In this document: piece by piece, positions 53,256 through 56,852 of the stretch
Position numbering within the stretch: the stretch's first letter is position 1
Layout of the letters: every line of letters starts with the position of its first letter
Assembly: GCA_051294375.1 (NCBI GenBank)
Contig: CM119263.1
Location: forward strand, 28,893,151-28,950,002
DNA from: Paraspadella gotoi
Taxonomy: Eukaryota; Animalia; Chaetognatha
Length of the DNA stretch: 56,852 nucleotides
Reading direction: 5' to 3'
Notes under the pieces: generated by a model
What the model was told of the DNA's origin: nothing
The model's input: the letters and a program-made list of their open reading frames with translations, nothing else
The model's database searches: none
Program-made: the position numbers and the translations under genes

Positions 53256-53834
53256 TGAGTACAAAAATTTCTATTGAATACAATTTCACATTATTAAATA
53301 TTATCTGTTTAAAAAACGTCTAAAAAAACATTAAAAAAATTACTAACCCATTTAATTTACCATACTTACTATAGAAAAACGAGAAAATGAAATTGAAACT
53401 CGGGCCTGGGAGTGCCAGAGATTACTTTGAAGCATACTTCGACAATACCTACATAGCCTGGTAGCTTCACTGGACGAGAATTTTACCTGAAAATACCCCT
53501 TTGTTAATGCCTCTAGCTGGCGAGAGAATTGCTCGAAGTGAAACTTAGGAGATGCCAAAAACTCGTGCGAAAAGGGAAATTTGGGAGAAAGTAAACCCAT
53601 TAGCGAATTGACCAACTCGTTGCATTTCCTCATTGGTCGAACCAAGCATTGGGCCCGCTCGATTGCCTTCGTCGTTCGCTCGTCGTCGTCGTCTCGTCGT
53701 CGTCGTCCGTCGTCGTCTTCAAGACGAGGGAGGTCGGGTTAAGTTTTTCGGGGGAAGGGGCGAGGAAAAGCAGGAAGGCGGTCTATTCTCTCTCTCTCTC
53801 GCTCTTCTCTCTCTCTCTCTCTCTCTCTCTACTC

Positions 53835-53865
<31 letters not shown>

Positions 53866-55165
53866 TACTAATTTTTTTGTTCTGGGGAAACGAAGCCCAT
53901 GATTACATCCCCCATCGCAAAAAAATCCGGGGTTCGATTCCCTGTTTCCGTCAATTTATTGCTACATGACGAATCATCTTCGGTTCGGCGCTCCTCCTCC
54001 TCCTCCTCCTCCTCACTTCTCCTAATCACCCTCCTCTTCCCCCCAATAACCCATAGATTATTGCGCCTCCTGTTATTTTTTTTCCCCATTTTATTATCTC
54101 CGCTCTTAAATTATTGAAAGAGAAATTTAGTTCTATTGTACATGTACTCGAAAACATTGTTTTCAATCACTTGATTTTATCATATGTCTAGCGTATTATT
54201 AATCTACTATTTAATTTTAGTTTGTATAGGTTGCTTGCAATCTCTATCCATTATCTGAAGAATTAAAACGGCCCATTAACTTAGATTAACATTTAGATCA
54301 GAATTTAATTTCGCCAAGAGAGCATAAAAGAAATCGAAAGTAACACTTTGGTTGTTTGTTCATGTTATGTGTGTCAATGTTTACAGAACATTGTTAGTTT
54401 CATGGTTCAAACTTTATGGTTTAGTTTTGTTCATTATTAAGGATAAGGAAAAGCGACGGCACCAGCAACAAGAATTCGGCCTCATTCTTTAATTTGTTGT
54501 CTTAGTCGCTTTTGTTTAACTCGTCTAGTTAAAATATCTTAATATAGTTCTTTTTTGTCCTATCTTTAACAAAAAAATGCAGGAATGTTTTGCTTAGTAA
54601 TAAATCGACAGATAAATTTCCATGTTTTGACCGCGATATTAATATAAATAATGAATTGAAAGCTAACTGAAAAGAATGATAATTATTTAACAATATAAAA
54701 AACTTAATTTTATGATTCTATACATACTTTCGTTTTTTTTTTTCGTATGTGCTGTTTTTTTCATTTGTTGCATTCGAATGTTCCGATCATCGCCAAATCG
54801 TTATCGTTATTTCGACTTTTTGGCAGCCCCAGAAGGTTTTGAAAAAGGTGTGAGACCTGTGTGAGCAGATAAGGAAGGCTGAGTCAGGAAAAAAAAACGT
54901 TGATAGAGGTAAAGTGTTAAAAAATAACTACCAGAGTATATATTAAATATTAGCTCCATTTTCCTATTAAACTACTGTAATTAGCTTTACCGAGCATTCG
55001 TTACGAGCCGAGCGTAAAGCCTCTCGCAATAAAAAAAAACTTTTTATTTTCGAGACCTCGTTCTCGAACTCGCGTTTGGCGGCAAAATTCGAAAAAAAGA
55101 ACAAGATTACCGCTTGGAGTCAACGTGAGCATCTCTGATCATCAAGTTGTTGCTCATTTAGAGAA

Positions 55166-55263
<98 letters not shown>

Positions 55264-55942
55264 TATTTGAAAAAAAAAATGACTCTCTCTCCCTCTTCTC
55301 TCGAAGGCTTTCCAAAAAAAAAAAACTAAAGACAAAACAACAACAGGGGAGAGAAAATCGTGTCTGCTTACTTCTCATTCTTTTTCTCCGCATTTTCATT
55401 TTATTTCGTTCATTATTTGATTTTTTATTTCTTTTCTATTTTCTTAATAGAGGAAATCACTTCTTTTAGCCTCTGCGAAAAAAAATTAAAGTAAAGAATA
55501 CTGATATCTCTTTTCATAGCAATAGAAAGTGAAGAGCGCCAAAAAAAAGAGATTCAGGGGCCCCTAAATAGAAAAAGAGGAAGAGTGGCCTTCGGAAATA
55601 CGAAAATCTCACCGGGAAAACCTGGACGCATTCAATCTCGTTGAGAGGATTGGCGCTCCACGGGAAGAGAGAGAGGCGACGGAGAGAAGAGGGATAGAAA
55701 GAGGAAGATAAGGAGAGAGAGGATAGTTATGAGCAGAGGATAGAAGATTGGATGAGAGAGGAGAGAGAGGTGAGAGTTTAAGGAGAGAGGGAAAGGTAGA
55801 AAAGAGAAAAGAGGAGGAAGAGATGAGAAGGTGGAAGCGGTGGAAGGCGGATGGGGGAGGGGGGTGGAAGGGGTGGGAAGTGAAGGGAGGTGGAATGGGG
55901 GCGGTGGGAGGTGGAAGNNNNNNNNNNNNNNNNNNNNNNNNN

Positions 55943-56818
55943 GGTAAAAGGGGGTGAGGAAAGAACCAGAGGGGTGGTGAAAATAAAAGGGGTAAAAAAG
56001 GCCTGAGGAATTGAGGGATGGTATCACATAACTCATAACGGGAGTTGTGACAATCTGGAGGGTGAAGTGAGTTGAAGAAGTTGGACGTTGGTTGATGGAA
56101 TTGGAAGATGATAATAAATCGGGAGTGAAGGAAAGATGCAGAGTAAAATATGTCCCGGGGGGAGGTTAGGAGGTTCTGACTTGAAAAGTTTAAAATTACA
56201 GAAAATAATGAATAGAAAATTCTGTTTTCTTTCTTTCGCTTTTATTGTCACCCCCAAAAAATTATCATTTATATAGAGGTGCCGTCGGCATCTGTCGGAG
56301 CGCAATCCGGCGTCGCCGCGCCATCTGCTCCGACGACGCCGCCCTCTCCCGGCGCCAATTTTCTTTCAGCGCCGAGTGTCGCTTCCACCGATCGGCGCCT
56401 CCGAAATTCAATTCTGATTTTCTCCTTCAAAAATTTTTTTTTTGTTCTTATTTTTTCGGATTGAAGGAATAAATCGTGGGAACTGAGTCCGGTTTTAGCG
56501 AAGTTCGTTCCACTCGAATTTCGTCGCGAGATTTCGAGAGAAAAAAATGAACCGTGAAGAGACGTGAAGTGACGCGGTAGGAACGAACGAACGGAAAGAA
56601 TGAACGAACAAACTAACGGAACGAGCGAACTAAGGAACGAACGAACGAACGAACAAACGATATGATTTAACTAGACTTTAAAATATATTACGTCTTGTTA
56701 TGACTAAAATTGAATCGAATTCATGACAATTTTTTTTGTTCAATTTTTTTGTCAGTTTTTTGTTCGTCGAAACAAAACAACAAAAATTTTCAGTTCTGCC
56801 TCATCGTTCGACTGGACC
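55943..56818 (+). repeat. Direct copy of ~41097-42200
   Basis: Both start ggtaaaagggggtgaggaaagaac and share gccatctgctccgacgacgccgccctctc and the (GAAC)n tract. Confidence 0.92.
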
Positions 56819-56852
56819 CTTGAAACGACTTTGACGTAAACAAAGCGAGAGA

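Noticed and set aside
53620-53655. Two CCAAT boxes on the minus strand, suggesting a promoter
   Set aside because: Short common motif with no associated gene start visible.
1-56852. Prokaryotic or phage-type system (operon, defence island, CRISPR array) or rRNA/tRNA genes
   Set aside because: Spliceosomal exons, a metazoan gene, a BEL/Pao element and dense microsatellites indicate animal nuclear DNA; there are no long high-complexity ORFs or complete RNA gene structures.

Overview
Eukaryotic (invertebrate animal) genomic DNA, rich in microsatellites ((AG)n, (GAC)n, (GAT)n, (GGAAA)n, (GAAC)n) and heavily affected by assembly problems. Nearly all ORFs in the supplied track are artefacts of low-complexity sequence. 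Two coding signals are solid. (1) Three consecutive minus-strand exons of a semaphorin Sema domain, most like class 1 (31043-30845, 29905-29801, 26933-26845), with canonical AG/GT borders and matching phases. (2) A frameshifted gag-protease region of a BEL/Pao LTR retrotransposon (about 50749-52837, +), cut by a gap. Much of the rest is redundant: three direct copies of a unit at ~8.1-8.2 kb spacing (1-21157), an apparently exact 557-bp inverted copy, and several kb-scale fold-back or inverted copies (31-35 kb, 39-47 kb, 44-56 kb). The copies differ mostly by scattered small indels and often abut gaps of exactly 25 N. This pattern points to gap-filling with uncorrected long reads rather than biology. 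I found no convincing novel system. The best leads are a possible real ~8 kb tandem or circular unit, candidate alternative splicing in the semaphorin, a tandem hairpin repeat, and a few unexplained exon-like GC islands. Large repeat boundaries were aligned by eye and are approximate.
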